Both the position numbers and the translations under genes were made by a program. A stretch of 60,095 bases of DNA from Nitrosarchaeum sp. (GTDB taxonomy: Archaea > Thermoproteota > Nitrososphaeria > Nitrososphaerales > Nitrosopumilaceae): positions 1 through 60,095 of the forward strand of contig JAGQHF010000084.1 in assembly GCA_020431985.1 (NCBI GenBank). The letters are read 5' to 3'. The notes beneath the pieces were generated by a model. That model ran no database searches and was not told the origin of the DNA. It was given only the letters and a program-made list of their open reading frames with translations. This document shows, piece by piece, positions 28,854 through 38,473 of this stretch; within the stretch, counting starts at the first letter, position 1, and every line of letters begins with the position of its first letter.

Positions 28854-30440
28854 TTATTTTATCATGTTTTTACGAATGGTTCTGTTGTATGCTACCCCAA
28901 ATCTATGAGATTCATCACGAGCATGTTGAAGAATTTGTAGTGCAGGATTTTTCTTTGCGGATGTTATAGGTAGTTTTTTTCCAGGCACAAATATCTCCTC
29001 GTTTTCTTTGGCTATAGAAATACAGGGTATTTTTAACCCAAGGGATTTTAATGAATTCAGAGCATAGCCAAGTTGACCTTTACCACCATCAATCAAAACA
29101 AGATCAGGCAGTTTTGAATCGGTCTCAAGCAGATGCATGTATCTGCGTTTTATTATTTCACCAATCATCGCAAAATCATCTCTGCCCGTTACGGTTTTGA
29201 TTTTGAATTTTCTATAACCAGATTTGTCAGGTTTGCCTCCAACAAATCTAGACATAGAACCTACTGCAAATTCCGCACCATGGTTTGAAATGTCAAAACA
29301 CTCAATCACATCAGGGGTTTTTGGCAATGACAAAATTTCTTTCAAATCAGATAACACAGGATCACTGCCCTTATCATGCACAAGTCGAATATTTTTTAAA
29401 AGTAAATCAATGATTTCTCTTTTTTTTCCTCTCTGAGGACAAATAATCTCAACTGGAAATCCTGCTTGGGTTTCAAGTAGTGATTCTAAAATATCTTTTT
29501 TTTCAGGAATTTGACTTGTGAGTATGAGTTTAGGGATTTGGTGCGTGCTGTAGTATTGATATAGAAAGTTTGAAAAAGAATTGTCTCCAACCATGTCAAA
29601 AAAAAACTTGTCGCTGTCTCGAATGACACCGTTTATCATCCTAAAATTCATAACAGTGACGGTATGATCTTTCTCTCCAATTCCAAAATATTCTTCATCA
29701 GAACGGTCAACATATTCCATCTTCTGTTTTGTTTGAAGACTTCCTATTCTGATCAGAGTATCACGTATGTCTTTTGCACGCTCAAACTGCTGTAGTTTTG
29801 CGGCGTGTCTCATCTCATCTTCAAGTTTTTGAGCAAATATTTTTGTCTGATTCTTATTTTTTAGCACTTCTTCTAGCGCCTTAACATGCATAGGGTATTG
29901 CACCTGAGCTTCTTTGAATTCACATGGACCTTCGCAATTTCCCAGATGGTATTCCAAACAAACTTTCTTGGGAAGTGTTTTGCATACACGTATTTGAAAG
30001 AATTTTCTCAAAGTACCAACCGTTAATAATTTTGAACTCCCATGTGTAAACGGTCCAAAGACTTTCCCTTTTCCCAGAAATTTTCCATCACGAGTTCTTC
30101 GTGTAACTAGTAATCTCGGATATTTTTCGTCAGATATTCTCAGATATGTATAGCGTTGTTGATCTTTTAACTCTATGTTAAAACGAGGCCTGTATTTTTT
30201 GATCATGTTTGATTCAAGTAGAAATGCCTCATTCTCATTGTCGGTTAGAACAAACTCAATATCACGTATATTTTCAACAAGCTTTTGAGTCTTGTAATTT
30301 TGGGTTTTTGTGAAATATGATTTTACACGTTTTCTAAGATTTTTTGCTTTACCGATGTAGATGATTTGGTTGTCTGAGTCTTTCATCAGATAGATGCCAG
30401 GATTTGACGGAACTCGAATTTTATTTATGTTAAAAGTCAT
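28854..30440 (-). CDS. uvrC: Excinuclease ABC subunit C
   Basis: GIY...YIGKAKNL GIY-YIG domain; ECFDISN; LIDGGKGQ; RDESHRF. Confidence 0.95.
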   Translation of the reverse strand: MTFNINKIRVPSNPGIYLMKDSDNQIIYIGKAKNLRKRVKSYFTKTQNYKTQKLVENIRDIEFVLTDNENEAFLLESNMIKKYRPRFNIELKDQQRYTYLRISDEKYPRLLVTRRTRDGKFLGKGKVFGPFTHGSSKLLTVGTLRKFFQIRVCKTLPKKVCLEYHLGNCEGPCEFKEAQVQYPMHVKALEEVLKNKNQTKIFAQKLEDEMRHAAKLQQFERAKDIRDTLIRIGSLQTKQKMEYVDRSDEEYFGIGEKDHTVTVMNFRMINGVIRDSDKFFFDMVGDNSFSNFLYQYYSTHQIPKLILTSQIPEKKDILESLLETQAGFPVEIICPQRGKKREIIDLLLKNIRLVHDKGSDPVLSDLKEILSLPKTPDVIECFDISNHGAEFAVGSMSRFVGGKPDKSGYRKFKIKTVTGRDDFAMIGEIIKRRYMHLLETDSKLPDLVLIDGGKGQLGYALNSLKSLGLKIPCISIAKENEEIFVPGKKLPITSAKKNPALQILQHARDESHRFGVAYNRTIRKNMIK

Positions 30441-33255
30441 TTTTTAATAATTTTTTTAGATATTTTCCAGTATAACTTCCAGGCGCCTTTGCAATTTGTG
30501 TAGGAGTACCAGTTGCTACAACGGTGCCACCTTCATCCCCACCTTCAGGGCCAAGATCAATTATCCAATCAGAGTTTTTAATCACATCCATATTATGCTC
30601 TATTACCACCACAGTGTTTCCAAGATTTACCAGTCTGTTTAATACGTCAAGCAGTTTTTGCACATCAGCAAAGTGAAGTCCGGTGGTAGGTTCATCAAGA
30701 ATGTATAGTGTTTTTCCTGTTCCACGTTTGGATAATTCAGAGGCCAGTTTCACACGTTGTGCTTCTCCTCCTGAAAGAGTGGTGGAAGATTGGCCTAGTT
30801 TGACATATCCCAGTCCTACATCATGAATGGTTTGCAATTTTCTTTGTATTGCGGGAATATTTTCAAAGAAGTGTAGTGCCTCATATACAGTCATATCCAA
30901 TACATCAGAGATGTTTTTTCCTTTGTACAAAACTCCTAGAGTTTCCGAATTGTATCGCTTACCTTTGCATTCATCACACTTTACATATACATCAGATAAA
31001 AATTGCATTTCAATCTGTTTAACACCGTCACCATCACATGCAAAGCATCTACCATCTGCAACATTGAACGAAAATTGTCCAGGCGCATATCCCCTTTCTC
31101 TGGCTAATTCAGTATTGGCATATAGTTCTCGAATTGGGGTAAATGCACCGATGTATGTTGCAGGATTAGACCTCGGAGTTCTTCCTATTGGAGATTGGTC
31201 TATGGCAATAACCTTGTCAATGTTTTCAATTCCCACAAGTGTTTTGTGCAATCCCGGTTTTACATTAGATTTGTAAAAGTGATTTTCTAGTGACTTAAGT
31301 AAAATATCATTAATCAAAGTAGACTTTCCAGAGCCAGACACTCCAGTTATTGAAACAAAAAGTCCCAGCGGCACTTCCACATCAAGGTTTTTCAAGTTGT
31401 TTTCAGACGCACCTTTTATCGCAAGCACACCAGATGGATGCCTAACCTTATTTTCGAGTTTAATCAAAGAGTTGTTTTTCAAATAGTCCCCGGTAATGGA
31501 TTTGTGGCCATTTAGTATTTGCTTGACAGTTCCTTCAAATACAATATTTCCACCATGTATGCCTGCCCCAGGACCTAAGTCCACTATCCAATCAGAGTTT
31601 CGTATGACTTCTTCATCATGCTCTACCACAATTACGGTGTTTCCCAGATTTCGCAGTTTTGTCAGTGTTTTTATCAGTCTTTCATTATCTCGTTGATGTA
31701 GTCCTATAGTAGGCTCGTCTAAAACGTACAATACCCCTGTCAAATTAGAACCAATTTGTGTTGCAAGTCTTATTCTTTGTGATTCACCACCAGAAAGTGT
31801 AGAGCTGAGTCGATTTAATGTAAGGTAGTTTAGACCAACATTCATCAAAAATTCCAGTCTTTCTCGTATTTCTTTGAGTACATCTCGTGCAATATATTGC
31901 TCGTTTTCAGTAAGACTTAGATTTGTAAAAAAATCATAACAATGATCTATTGATAAGTCACAAACATCCATTATTCCCATGTCGTTTATCTTAACTGCAA
32001 GCGATTCTGGTTTGAGTTTTTTTCCGCTGCATATATTGCAGGGAGTATCTCTCATGAATTGTTTTAACCATTCTCGCTTCGATTCAGAATCAGTTTCCAT
32101 GAATACACGTTGGAGATTCTCAAGTACCCCTTCAAATGCATCTGTATATTGCCAAGATGAATCACCGGACTTTGATCTGTAACGAAAATCAATCAAATCA
32201 TCTGTACCATGTAAAATTATTTTCAAGTGTTTTGGTTTTATGTTTTCAATTGGTGTCATTAAATCAAATCCAAATTTTTTTCCTACAGCACGTAAGGCTT
32301 GGCGTCGGAAAGATGAAAATCGACCGCTCCAAGGGACTATCGCTCCATCTAAGATAGATTTGGTTTTGTCTGGAATTACCAAGTCTGCGTCAAATTCCAT
32401 TTTTACACCAAGACCATTACATGCCTTACACATGCCAAATGGTGAATTAAACGAAAATGTGCGTGGTTCCAATTCCCCTATAGTCAGTCCACAATAAGGA
32501 CAAGCATTGTTTTGTGAAAAAATCTTTTCAGATTGTTCATCAGATATCATGACATCACCTTTTGATGCCTTTATTGCAGTTTGTATCGCTTCAAACAATC
32601 TAGAGCGCTCTGATTTTTCTGTTTGAATTCTGTCGACGACAATCTCAATATTGTGCCATTTTTGTCTATCCAGCGGAGGGATGTCCTCATCTAGGTTTTG
32701 TATCTCGCCATTGAGCCTTATTCTTGAATAACCATCTTTTTTTAGCTGTTCAAATAATTTTTCATATGTTCCTTTTTTTCGTTGTATTATAGGAGATAAA
32801 ACCAATATTTTTTTTCCATTAAAATCTTTCAATACAGAATCGCAGATTGTCTCTATTGATTGACTGGATATTTTTCGTCCACAGTTTGTGCAGTAAGGAA
32901 TGCCAATTCTAGCATAAAGAAGTCGCATGTAATCATAGATTTCAGTGGTGGTGCCAACAGTTGAACGAGGGTTTTTACTGGTTGTTTTTTGTTGAATTGA
33001 GATTGCAGGAGAGAGTCCTTCAATCGAATCAACGTCAGGCTTGTCCATCATTTCAAGAAACTGCCTAGCATACGCAGAGAGAGATTCCACATAACGCCGT
33101 TGTCCTTCTGCATATATTGTATCAAATGCAAGAGTGGATTTACCTGAACCTGACAATCCGCTAATAACAACTAGGTTGTTTTTTGGAATGTCAATGTCGA
33201 TATTTTTTAAATTGTGATGCCTTGCACCGCGTATCTTTAGTTTATTTTCGGTCAT
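30430..33255 (-). CDS. uvrA: Excinuclease ABC subunit A
   Basis: GLSGSGKS, LSGGESQRIRLA, GVSGSGKS, zinc fingers. Confidence 0.97.
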   Translation of the reverse strand: MTENKLKIRGARHHNLKNIDIDIPKNNLVVISGLSGSGKSTLAFDTIYAEGQRRYVESLSAYARQFLEMMDKPDVDSIEGLSPAISIQQKTTSKNPRSTVGTTTEIYDYMRLLYARIGIPYCTNCGRKISSQSIETICDSVLKDFNGKKILVLSPIIQRKKGTYEKLFEQLKKDGYSRIRLNGEIQNLDEDIPPLDRQKWHNIEIVVDRIQTEKSERSRLFEAIQTAIKASKGDVMISDEQSEKIFSQNNACPYCGLTIGELEPRTFSFNSPFGMCKACNGLGVKMEFDADLVIPDKTKSILDGAIVPWSGRFSSFRRQALRAVGKKFGFDLMTPIENIKPKHLKIILHGTDDLIDFRYRSKSGDSSWQYTDAFEGVLENLQRVFMETDSESKREWLKQFMRDTPCNICSGKKLKPESLAVKINDMGIMDVCDLSIDHCYDFFTNLSLTENEQYIARDVLKEIRERLEFLMNVGLNYLTLNRLSSTLSGGESQRIRLATQIGSNLTGVLYVLDEPTIGLHQRDNERLIKTLTKLRNLGNTVIVVEHDEEVIRNSDWIVDLGPGAGIHGGNIVFEGTVKQILNGHKSITGDYLKNNSLIKLENKVRHPSGVLAIKGASENNLKNLDVEVPLGLFVSITGVSGSGKSTLINDILLKSLENHFYKSNVKPGLHKTLVGIENIDKVIAIDQSPIGRTPRSNPATYIGAFTPIRELYANTELARERGYAPGQFSFNVADGRCFACDGDGVKQIEMQFLSDVYVKCDECKGKRYNSETLGVLYKGKNISDVLDMTVYEALHFFENIPAIQRKLQTIHDVGLGYVKLGQSSTTLSGGEAQRVKLASELSKRGTGKTLYILDEPTTGLHFADVQKLLDVLNRLVNLGNTVVVIEHNMDVIKNSDWIIDLGPEGGDEGGTVVATGTPTQIAKAPGSYTGKYLKKLLKNDF

Positions 33256-35191
33256 CTTTTAATTGAATCTCTCTTTCTAGTCTTTTTATCCTATCTCTGC
33301 ATTCAATAGCATGTTCAAAGTCCAAATCCTCAGAATATTTCTTCATTAGTGCCTCAAGATCTATGATATCAGTTGTCAGATCATGTGTAGATTTTAGTTT
33401 TGAGTCATCAAGGGTAGTTATTTGATCAGGGATTAATTTTGTTATAGTTCTTGGAGTTATGTTGTGCTCTAGGTTAAATTGCATCTGTGTTTCTCGACGT
33501 CTCTGAGTTTCTTTCATTGCAAGGATCATGGACTGAGTTTTTGAATCAGCATACATTATAACGTGTCCGTTTGCGTGTCTTGCAGCTCTTCCAAATGTTT
33601 GAATGAGACTGGTAAAGTTTCTTAAAAATCCCTCCTTATCAGCATCCAGTATAGCAACTAGAGAGACTTCAGGAATATCTAACCCTTCTCTGAGTAAATT
33701 GATGCCTACAAGGACGTCAAATTCACCTAGACGTAGTTGCCGTATTAGCTCGGTTCTTTGTAATCCCTCAATTTCTGAATGCATGTATCTTACGCGTATT
33801 TGCTTTTTTGAAAGATACTCTGCTAAATCTTCAGCCATCCGTTTGGTCAGAGTAGTAACCAGTACACGTTCATTTTTCTCAGACCTTTTGTTAATCTCAC
33901 CAATTAAATCATCCATCTGGTTTTTTGTTGGTCTTATCTCGACCAGAGGATCAAGCAAGCCAGTAGGTCTTACCAGTTGCTCTGCAATTTGATGAGATAT
34001 TTTTTTCTCATATTCACCAGGTGTTGCAGACACAAAAAGAGTGTTTTTGATATACTCTTCAAATTCCTCAAATTTGAGCGGCCTATTATCATGTGCGCTT
34101 GGAAGTCTAAATCCATATGTCACCAGCTCTTTCTTTCTGGAGAAATCGCCTTTGTACATCCCATGTAGTTGTGGTATTGTAACATGTGACTCATCAATTA
34201 CCAGAAGATAGTCATCTCCAAAAAAATCAAGTAGGCAAAATGCCTTCTGTCCAGGTCTGCGTCCATCAAAATGTCTAGAATAGTTTTCAATGCCAGAGCA
34301 ATAACCGAGCTCTTCAATCATTTCCAAGTCAAATTTTGTTCTCATCTCCAATCTTTGTCTTTCAAGTTCATTTAATTCAGGCAATCTAAACTCTAATTCT
34401 TCTTTTATAGACAGGATTGCTCTTTCTCTAACATCTTTGGCAATGAGATAATGTTTGGCTGGAAATATTTTCATTGTAGATACTTTACGTTTTTCCTTTA
34501 ATGAGACATGATCAAGAAGAGTGATTTTCTCAATTTCGTCCCCAAACATCGAAATTCTTACTATATCTTCAGAATACGCTGGAACAATGTCAATAGTATC
34601 TCCCTTGACTCTAAAATTGCCAGGCGCTACCTCAGTATTATTTCTCTCATATCTTGCATCCACAAGCTGTCTAATTAGATTACTTCTCTTGACTTCTTCC
34701 CCAGAGGTTATGGTTATTGCCAAGTCTTCCCAGTCTTGTGGATTGCCAAGAGAATAGATACATGATACAGTAGATACGATGATTGTAGGTTCTCCAGAGA
34801 GAAGCATTGCAGTTGCCTCTAGACGGAGTTTTTCGATTTTTTCGTTGATTTGGGTATCCTTTTCAATATAGGTATCAGTCTGTGGGATGTAACTTTCAGG
34901 TTGATAATAATCATAGTAGGAGACAAAATATCCGACATTGTTTTTTGGGAAGAATTGTTTTAGCTCTGAATATAATTGAGCCGCAAGGGTCTTGTTATGA
35001 GATATGACTAGTGTGTTTTTCCCGGTTCTTGCAATGGCATTGGCAACAGTAAATGTCTTACCACTTCCAGTCACTCCAATCAAGGTTTGAATTTGTGATT
35101 TTGTGATTCCTTTTACAATTTTTTCAATTGCTCTGGGTTGATCTCCAGTAGGTTCAAACTCAGAGACAAGATCAAATTTGTGTAGCTGCAA
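33242..35191 (-). CDS. uvrB: Excinuclease ABC subunit B
   Basis: PTGDQP, GVTGSGKT, YYDYYQPE, DESH, LLREGLDIPEV. Confidence 0.97.
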   Translation of the reverse strand: MQLHKFDLVSEFEPTGDQPRAIEKIVKGITKSQIQTLIGVTGSGKTFTVANAIARTGKNTLVISHNKTLAAQLYSELKQFFPKNNVGYFVSYYDYYQPESYIPQTDTYIEKDTQINEKIEKLRLEATAMLLSGEPTIIVSTVSCIYSLGNPQDWEDLAITITSGEEVKRSNLIRQLVDARYERNNTEVAPGNFRVKGDTIDIVPAYSEDIVRISMFGDEIEKITLLDHVSLKEKRKVSTMKIFPAKHYLIAKDVRERAILSIKEELEFRLPELNELERQRLEMRTKFDLEMIEELGYCSGIENYSRHFDGRRPGQKAFCLLDFFGDDYLLVIDESHVTIPQLHGMYKGDFSRKKELVTYGFRLPSAHDNRPLKFEEFEEYIKNTLFVSATPGEYEKKISHQIAEQLVRPTGLLDPLVEIRPTKNQMDDLIGEINKRSEKNERVLVTTLTKRMAEDLAEYLSKKQIRVRYMHSEIEGLQRTELIRQLRLGEFDVLVGINLLREGLDIPEVSLVAILDADKEGFLRNFTSLIQTFGRAARHANGHVIMYADSKTQSMILAMKETQRRRETQMQFNLEHNITPRTITKLIPDQITTLDDSKLKSTHDLTTDIIDLEALMKKYSEDLDFEHAIECRDRIKRLEREIQLKDDRK

Positions 35192-35207
35192 CGGTTAAGA
35201 TCGTTGA

Positions 35208-35223
35208 AAACTGAACTTATAGC
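35208..35223 (+). repeat. Putative attL; overlaps the uvrB TATA box
   Basis: AAACTGAACTTATAGC versus AAACTGAATTTAAAGC at 40312-40327. Confidence 0.6.
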
Positions 35224-35228
35224 TAACG

Positions 35229-35251
35229 TTTGTTGATTAAAAACTAAGAAT
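35229..35251 (+). repeat. Left sub-terminal inverted repeat of the element
   Basis: TTTGTTGATTAAAAACTAAGAAT; the reverse complement of 40278-40300 matches 19/23, first 13 exact. Confidence 0.7.
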
Positions 35252-35396
35252 TAATACAAATTACTGCACAGAACATATTAGATAGGACAGAATTAGATCA
35301 ACCCTAGCAACAACCAGAATCCGAAAAATGTGTGAATCTAAAGAAATTTTGAGATTAACAACAAATGTTTAAACCTTGATTGCCACTATCTTAACC

Positions 35397-35549
35397 ATGA
35401 ATAGGTGCCCAAACTGTGGGAGTAATCTGATCATGGGTGAAGAATGTTTCATTCACTCCAAAAAATCACTAGCAAATAACAAACTAAATGAAGGGATTTC
35501 TATCAGGATAGGCGACTGTACTAAATGTAAGATTGGGTATATCTGCTGA
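35397..35549 (+). CDS. 50-aa CPxCG zinc-finger micro-protein
   Basis: MNRCPNCGSNLIMG...GDCTKCKIGYIC; TTTAAA box at 35368-35373, leaderless spacing. Confidence 0.65.
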   Translation: MNRCPNCGSNLIMGEECFIHSKKSLANNKLNEGISIRIGDCTKCKIGYIC

Positions 35550-35551
35550 TC

Positions 35552-36130
35552 TTATTTTACCTTATACCATCTCTCAATGTTTTGTTTTAGTGTAGTTACA
35601 TCTAATTCTTCCAACATGCAACTATGACCAACCACAATTCGTAAACGATTGATTTGAAATAGTAGTTCTTCTACAAATTTTCTACTGCGGAAATGATTTG
35701 TAAAGTATTCAAAGTTATCAGAGATTATTTCTTTTAATTCTCCCAGTGTTGTAAAATATAGTGGATCGTCTATTCTTGCAAAGAACACACTGTTTTTTTC
35801 AGCCTCTTGTCTACCTTTTACTTCGGTCTTAGTACCAGATCTAACTTTTTGATCCCACCAATCAGAACCAAATTTATCTTTCATAACATCTCCCACAACT
35901 TTTCGTACATCATTTTCAAAACAAAATAAAATTTGATAGCACTCAGACATCTCAGATGACTCTTTCAATAATTCATCAGGAAAAGACTGTAAAATATCAT
36001 AGGTGGCGGAATTACTCTGTAAATTATCAACAGAAAAACCAAGATACTCCAAATCTTGTAATTCAGACTGTATTCGTCTGACTCTACTTAAGAATAATTC
36101 AATTTGATATTCTGTTTGTCTAGTTGCCAT
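35552..36130 (-). CDS. Swt1-like HEPN domain protein (putative RNase toxin)
   Basis: FCFENDVRKVV...FGSDWW...FTTLGELKEII...NRLRIVVGHS (Rx4H). Confidence 0.7.
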   Translation of the reverse strand: MATRQTEYQIELFLSRVRRIQSELQDLEYLGFSVDNLQSNSATYDILQSFPDELLKESSEMSECYQILFCFENDVRKVVGDVMKDKFGSDWWDQKVRSGTKTEVKGRQEAEKNSVFFARIDDPLYFTTLGELKEIISDNFEYFTNHFRSRKFVEELLFQINRLRIVVGHSCMLEELDVTTLKQNIERWYKVK

Positions 36131-36735
36131 TATAACAGATTTTCTTTCAAACTTTTAAAAAGAACATCATAGACTTTTTGATCAGTAGTAGTAGGAAGAT
36201 TAACAACAATAGTATGACTTAAGACAAAATCTTTTTTCTTGTCATCGCTAGATGGTAAAGATTCATTCGTAGATATAGGAAGTTTTTCCACAGGATGGAC
36301 TATTTCGCCGAAGTCTGCTATGTTTTTTAGTTGTAAGAACGTTTTAACCATCATATCCAATGTAGAGTTATTGCTATCTTTGCCAGTGGTTGATGCAAAA
36401 TGTCCTTTTATTTGCTCGTCGCTTAGTTCATTAAATTTTTCATTTTTTTGAAATAATGTCTCATAACATTTCTTGATGCTATGGCCCAGAATTTTTCTAC
36501 TCTCGTTTGGATTTTTATAGTCAGAGTATATCTGGGTTGGAACACCATTTTCATCAATAAATCCTAGACTTCGCAGAACTCCAATTAATGGACGATCATT
36601 AGTTCCTTTAAATTCAAATGTGTTAGCTAAAACCCTAGTAGTGACTTTGTCAGGAACTGCAGCTGTTTGTATTGTTGTAAAAAATTCAGGGATTTTTTTG
36701 TAAGATGCGACATAAGGAAATGAAACATCACTCAT
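36130..36735 (-). CDS. DUF5343-like protein
   Basis: FPY...IQTAAVPDKVT...LRSLGFIDENGVPT...Y; C-terminal HTIVVNLPTTTDQKVYDVLFKSLKENLL; TAATG overlap with the HEPN gene. Confidence 0.65.
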   Translation of the reverse strand: MSDVSFPYVASYKKIPEFFTTIQTAAVPDKVTTRVLANTFEFKGTNDRPLIGVLRSLGFIDENGVPTQIYSDYKNPNESRKILGHSIKKCYETLFQKNEKFNELSDEQIKGHFASTTGKDSNNSTLDMMVKTFLQLKNIADFGEIVHPVEKLPISTNESLPSSDDKKKDFVLSHTIVVNLPTTTDQKVYDVLFKSLKENLL

Positions 36736-36833
36736 GAGATCATGTTTTTTACTTATGTTATGTATTTAAGATAGATCTTTGAATCGATTCTGCATGCAGA
36801 TAGTTTTTTAGATCATTCCGTACCTGTAAAAAC

Positions 36834-37085
36834 ATGGGACTATTCTGGAAGAATAAAGATACAATAGATGATGAAGATGGAGAATTAGAGATAATTTCAA
36901 CAGAATTGAAGCAAAATCTAGCAGAATTAGAGTGCGAGGAAACAATAATCAATGACAAAGAGAGATTTGGCAGAGTACGAAACAGTATGATGAAGACATT
37001 AAGAGCAAAACATGGTCACGATGTTGCAAATAGAGCACTAGCCAGAATCAACAAAAGACTACAACAGGGCTATCTTAAACAATAA
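36834..37085 (+). CDS. Small hypothetical protein
   Basis: ORF track, 83 aa; convergent with Rep. Confidence 0.6.
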   Translation: MGLFWKNKDTIDDEDGELEIISTELKQNLAELECEETIINDKERFGRVRNSMMKTLRAKHGHDVANRALARINKRLQQGYLKQ

Positions 37086-38037
37086 TTTGTCTAAGTGATT
37101 CATCGGCCTTTTTATTGACTGATAGAGCTTTTTCATTCACAATACTAGGCTTTTGATTGGCCCAATCCTTACAATCTACAAATATTTCCATTTCAACATC
37201 AGGAGGTTTTCTACAATAATCACCCAAAAAGAACACTTCTCTCATTTCAATCTCACAATATGGACATTTTGGCTTTCCAATATGGTCTTCTTCAACCTTC
37301 AATTTGCTATATGACAAGTCACCAAACCAAACTAAGGCATGATTATGCTTCTTGATTCCTGCGTGTGACAATTGATAGTAAAAAGTTGCAAAAGTGGAGT
37401 CTCTAGTACCTTTGTTTTTGATTATCCAACCATGTTTTTGATATGCTTTGGTAACGGCATCAATCCAACCAAAGCCCAATACATGAAAGTGAGGAGAATA
37501 ATACCATTCTTTGTAATCACGATTGTATCTAAATGGATGAAAAATCATAGAACCGCCTATACATCCAATCTCTTTTAGAATAGATCTTGCTTTTTTAGAC
37601 AATTCCTTTTTGTTAAGTGAATAATCCCATTTTGGAGCAGAAATTATGATATGTTTGACTTTATGTTTGGACTTTTTCTCATAGGTTTCAATCCTTCTAG
37701 TTGCTTTGTTTGATTCTCTAGCAAGCCATTTTTTCCAGCATATCTCACAATCTGCTCGATAGCAAGATCTTTGAAAAGTTCTCACAAATCCCTTTCCCTC
37801 ACACTCTGTGTTTGCGTGACCTTGAACATTTAGACAACCAAGATATGCCCAAGAACCACACCATTCATGTGCATCTTTTGTTGCAGGCAAATGCCAACCA
37901 TCATGATCTATGATAAACCAATTTTGGGAGTCATGCATTTGATTGAATATTTCATTTCTGTTTTGTTGTCTTGCATAATCATCATCAAGAGTTAATTGCG
38001 TATGTCCTCTCTTAGTTCGCTTAGACGCAGGATACAT
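37075..38037 (-). CDS. HUH-superfamily rolling-circle replication initiator (IS91/SNJ1 RepA-like)
   Basis: Zn motif SCYRADCEIC, motif I KHIIIS, HUH motif SPHFHVLG, motif III YYQLSH, C-terminal CPYC; likely start MYPASK at 38037. Confidence 0.72.
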   Translation of the reverse strand: MYPASKRTKRGHTQLTLDDDYARQQNRNEIFNQMHDSQNWFIIDHDGWHLPATKDAHEWCGSWAYLGCLNVQGHANTECEGKGFVRTFQRSCYRADCEICWKKWLARESNKATRRIETYEKKSKHKVKHIIISAPKWDYSLNKKELSKKARSILKEIGCIGGSMIFHPFRYNRDYKEWYYSPHFHVLGFGWIDAVTKAYQKHGWIIKNKGTRDSTFATFYYQLSHAGIKKHNHALVWFGDLSYSKLKVEEDHIGKPKCPYCEIEMREVFFLGDYCRKPPDVEMEIFVDCKDWANQKPSIVNEKALSVNKKADESLRQIIV

Positions 38038-38048
38038 TAATGATAAAG

Positions 38049-38183
38049 TCACCAGTATACCTCCTCTACCATGCCACATTTTCCACATATTTTCAGATGA
38101 TTTCCACAATGTTGATCATGATAGCTGAATCTATGATCACAAAATCTTGTTTTGACAAAATGTTTTTTAGGAAATTTAACCAT
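38049..38183 (-). CDS. 44-aa Cys/His zinc-binding micro-protein
   Basis: MVKFPKKHFVKTRFCDHRFSYHDQHCGNHLKICGKCGMVEEVYW; ends 11 nt before the Rep start. Confidence 0.55.
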   Translation of the reverse strand: MVKFPKKHFVKTRFCDHRFSYHDQHCGNHLKICGKCGMVEEVYW

Positions 38184-38215
38184 GATATGTTGGGGAGGAA
38201 GAAAAAGAAATTTTT

Positions 38216-38332
38216 CTAACTACCCACTACGCCCCCCTTACAAATTTTCAAAGCACATTGAATTGATTCCTTTACGGAATGTTCGTGGACTTTTCTATTA
38301 CAAATATTACAAAAAGAAAGATTGGAATTCAT
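38216..38332 (-). CDS. 38-aa CxxC-H-C micro-protein
   Basis: MNSNLSFCNICNRKVHEHSVKESIQCALKICKGGVVGS; ATGA overlap with the RHH gene. Confidence 0.6.
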   Translation of the reverse strand: MNSNLSFCNICNRKVHEHSVKESIQCALKICKGGVVGS

Positions 38333-38460
38333 TGATTTTCACCGAATTCCCATCTATCAAGAATGACGTTGACGATATCATCGTAAGTCATTCCTTTTTT
38401 TCCATGATCTGAAAGACGTTGTTTCGTCTTGTCAGATAATTTAATGGTGGTTTGAGACAT
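38329..38460 (-). CDS. 43-aa ribbon-helix-helix DNA-binding protein
   Basis: MSQTTIKLSDKTKQRLSDHGKKGMTYDDIVNVILDRWEFGENQ: TTIxLS...RL...G.TYDDIV RHH pattern; TATAAA about 22 nt upstream. Confidence 0.75.
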   Translation of the reverse strand: MSQTTIKLSDKTKQRLSDHGKKGMTYDDIVNVILDRWEFGENQ

Positions 38461-38473
38461 ACCAACAATGCGG

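Noticed and set aside
38152-38412. 86-aa plus-strand ORF in the track
   Set aside because: Antisense shadow of the RHH and zinc micro-ORFs, which have motifs, coupling and a promoter
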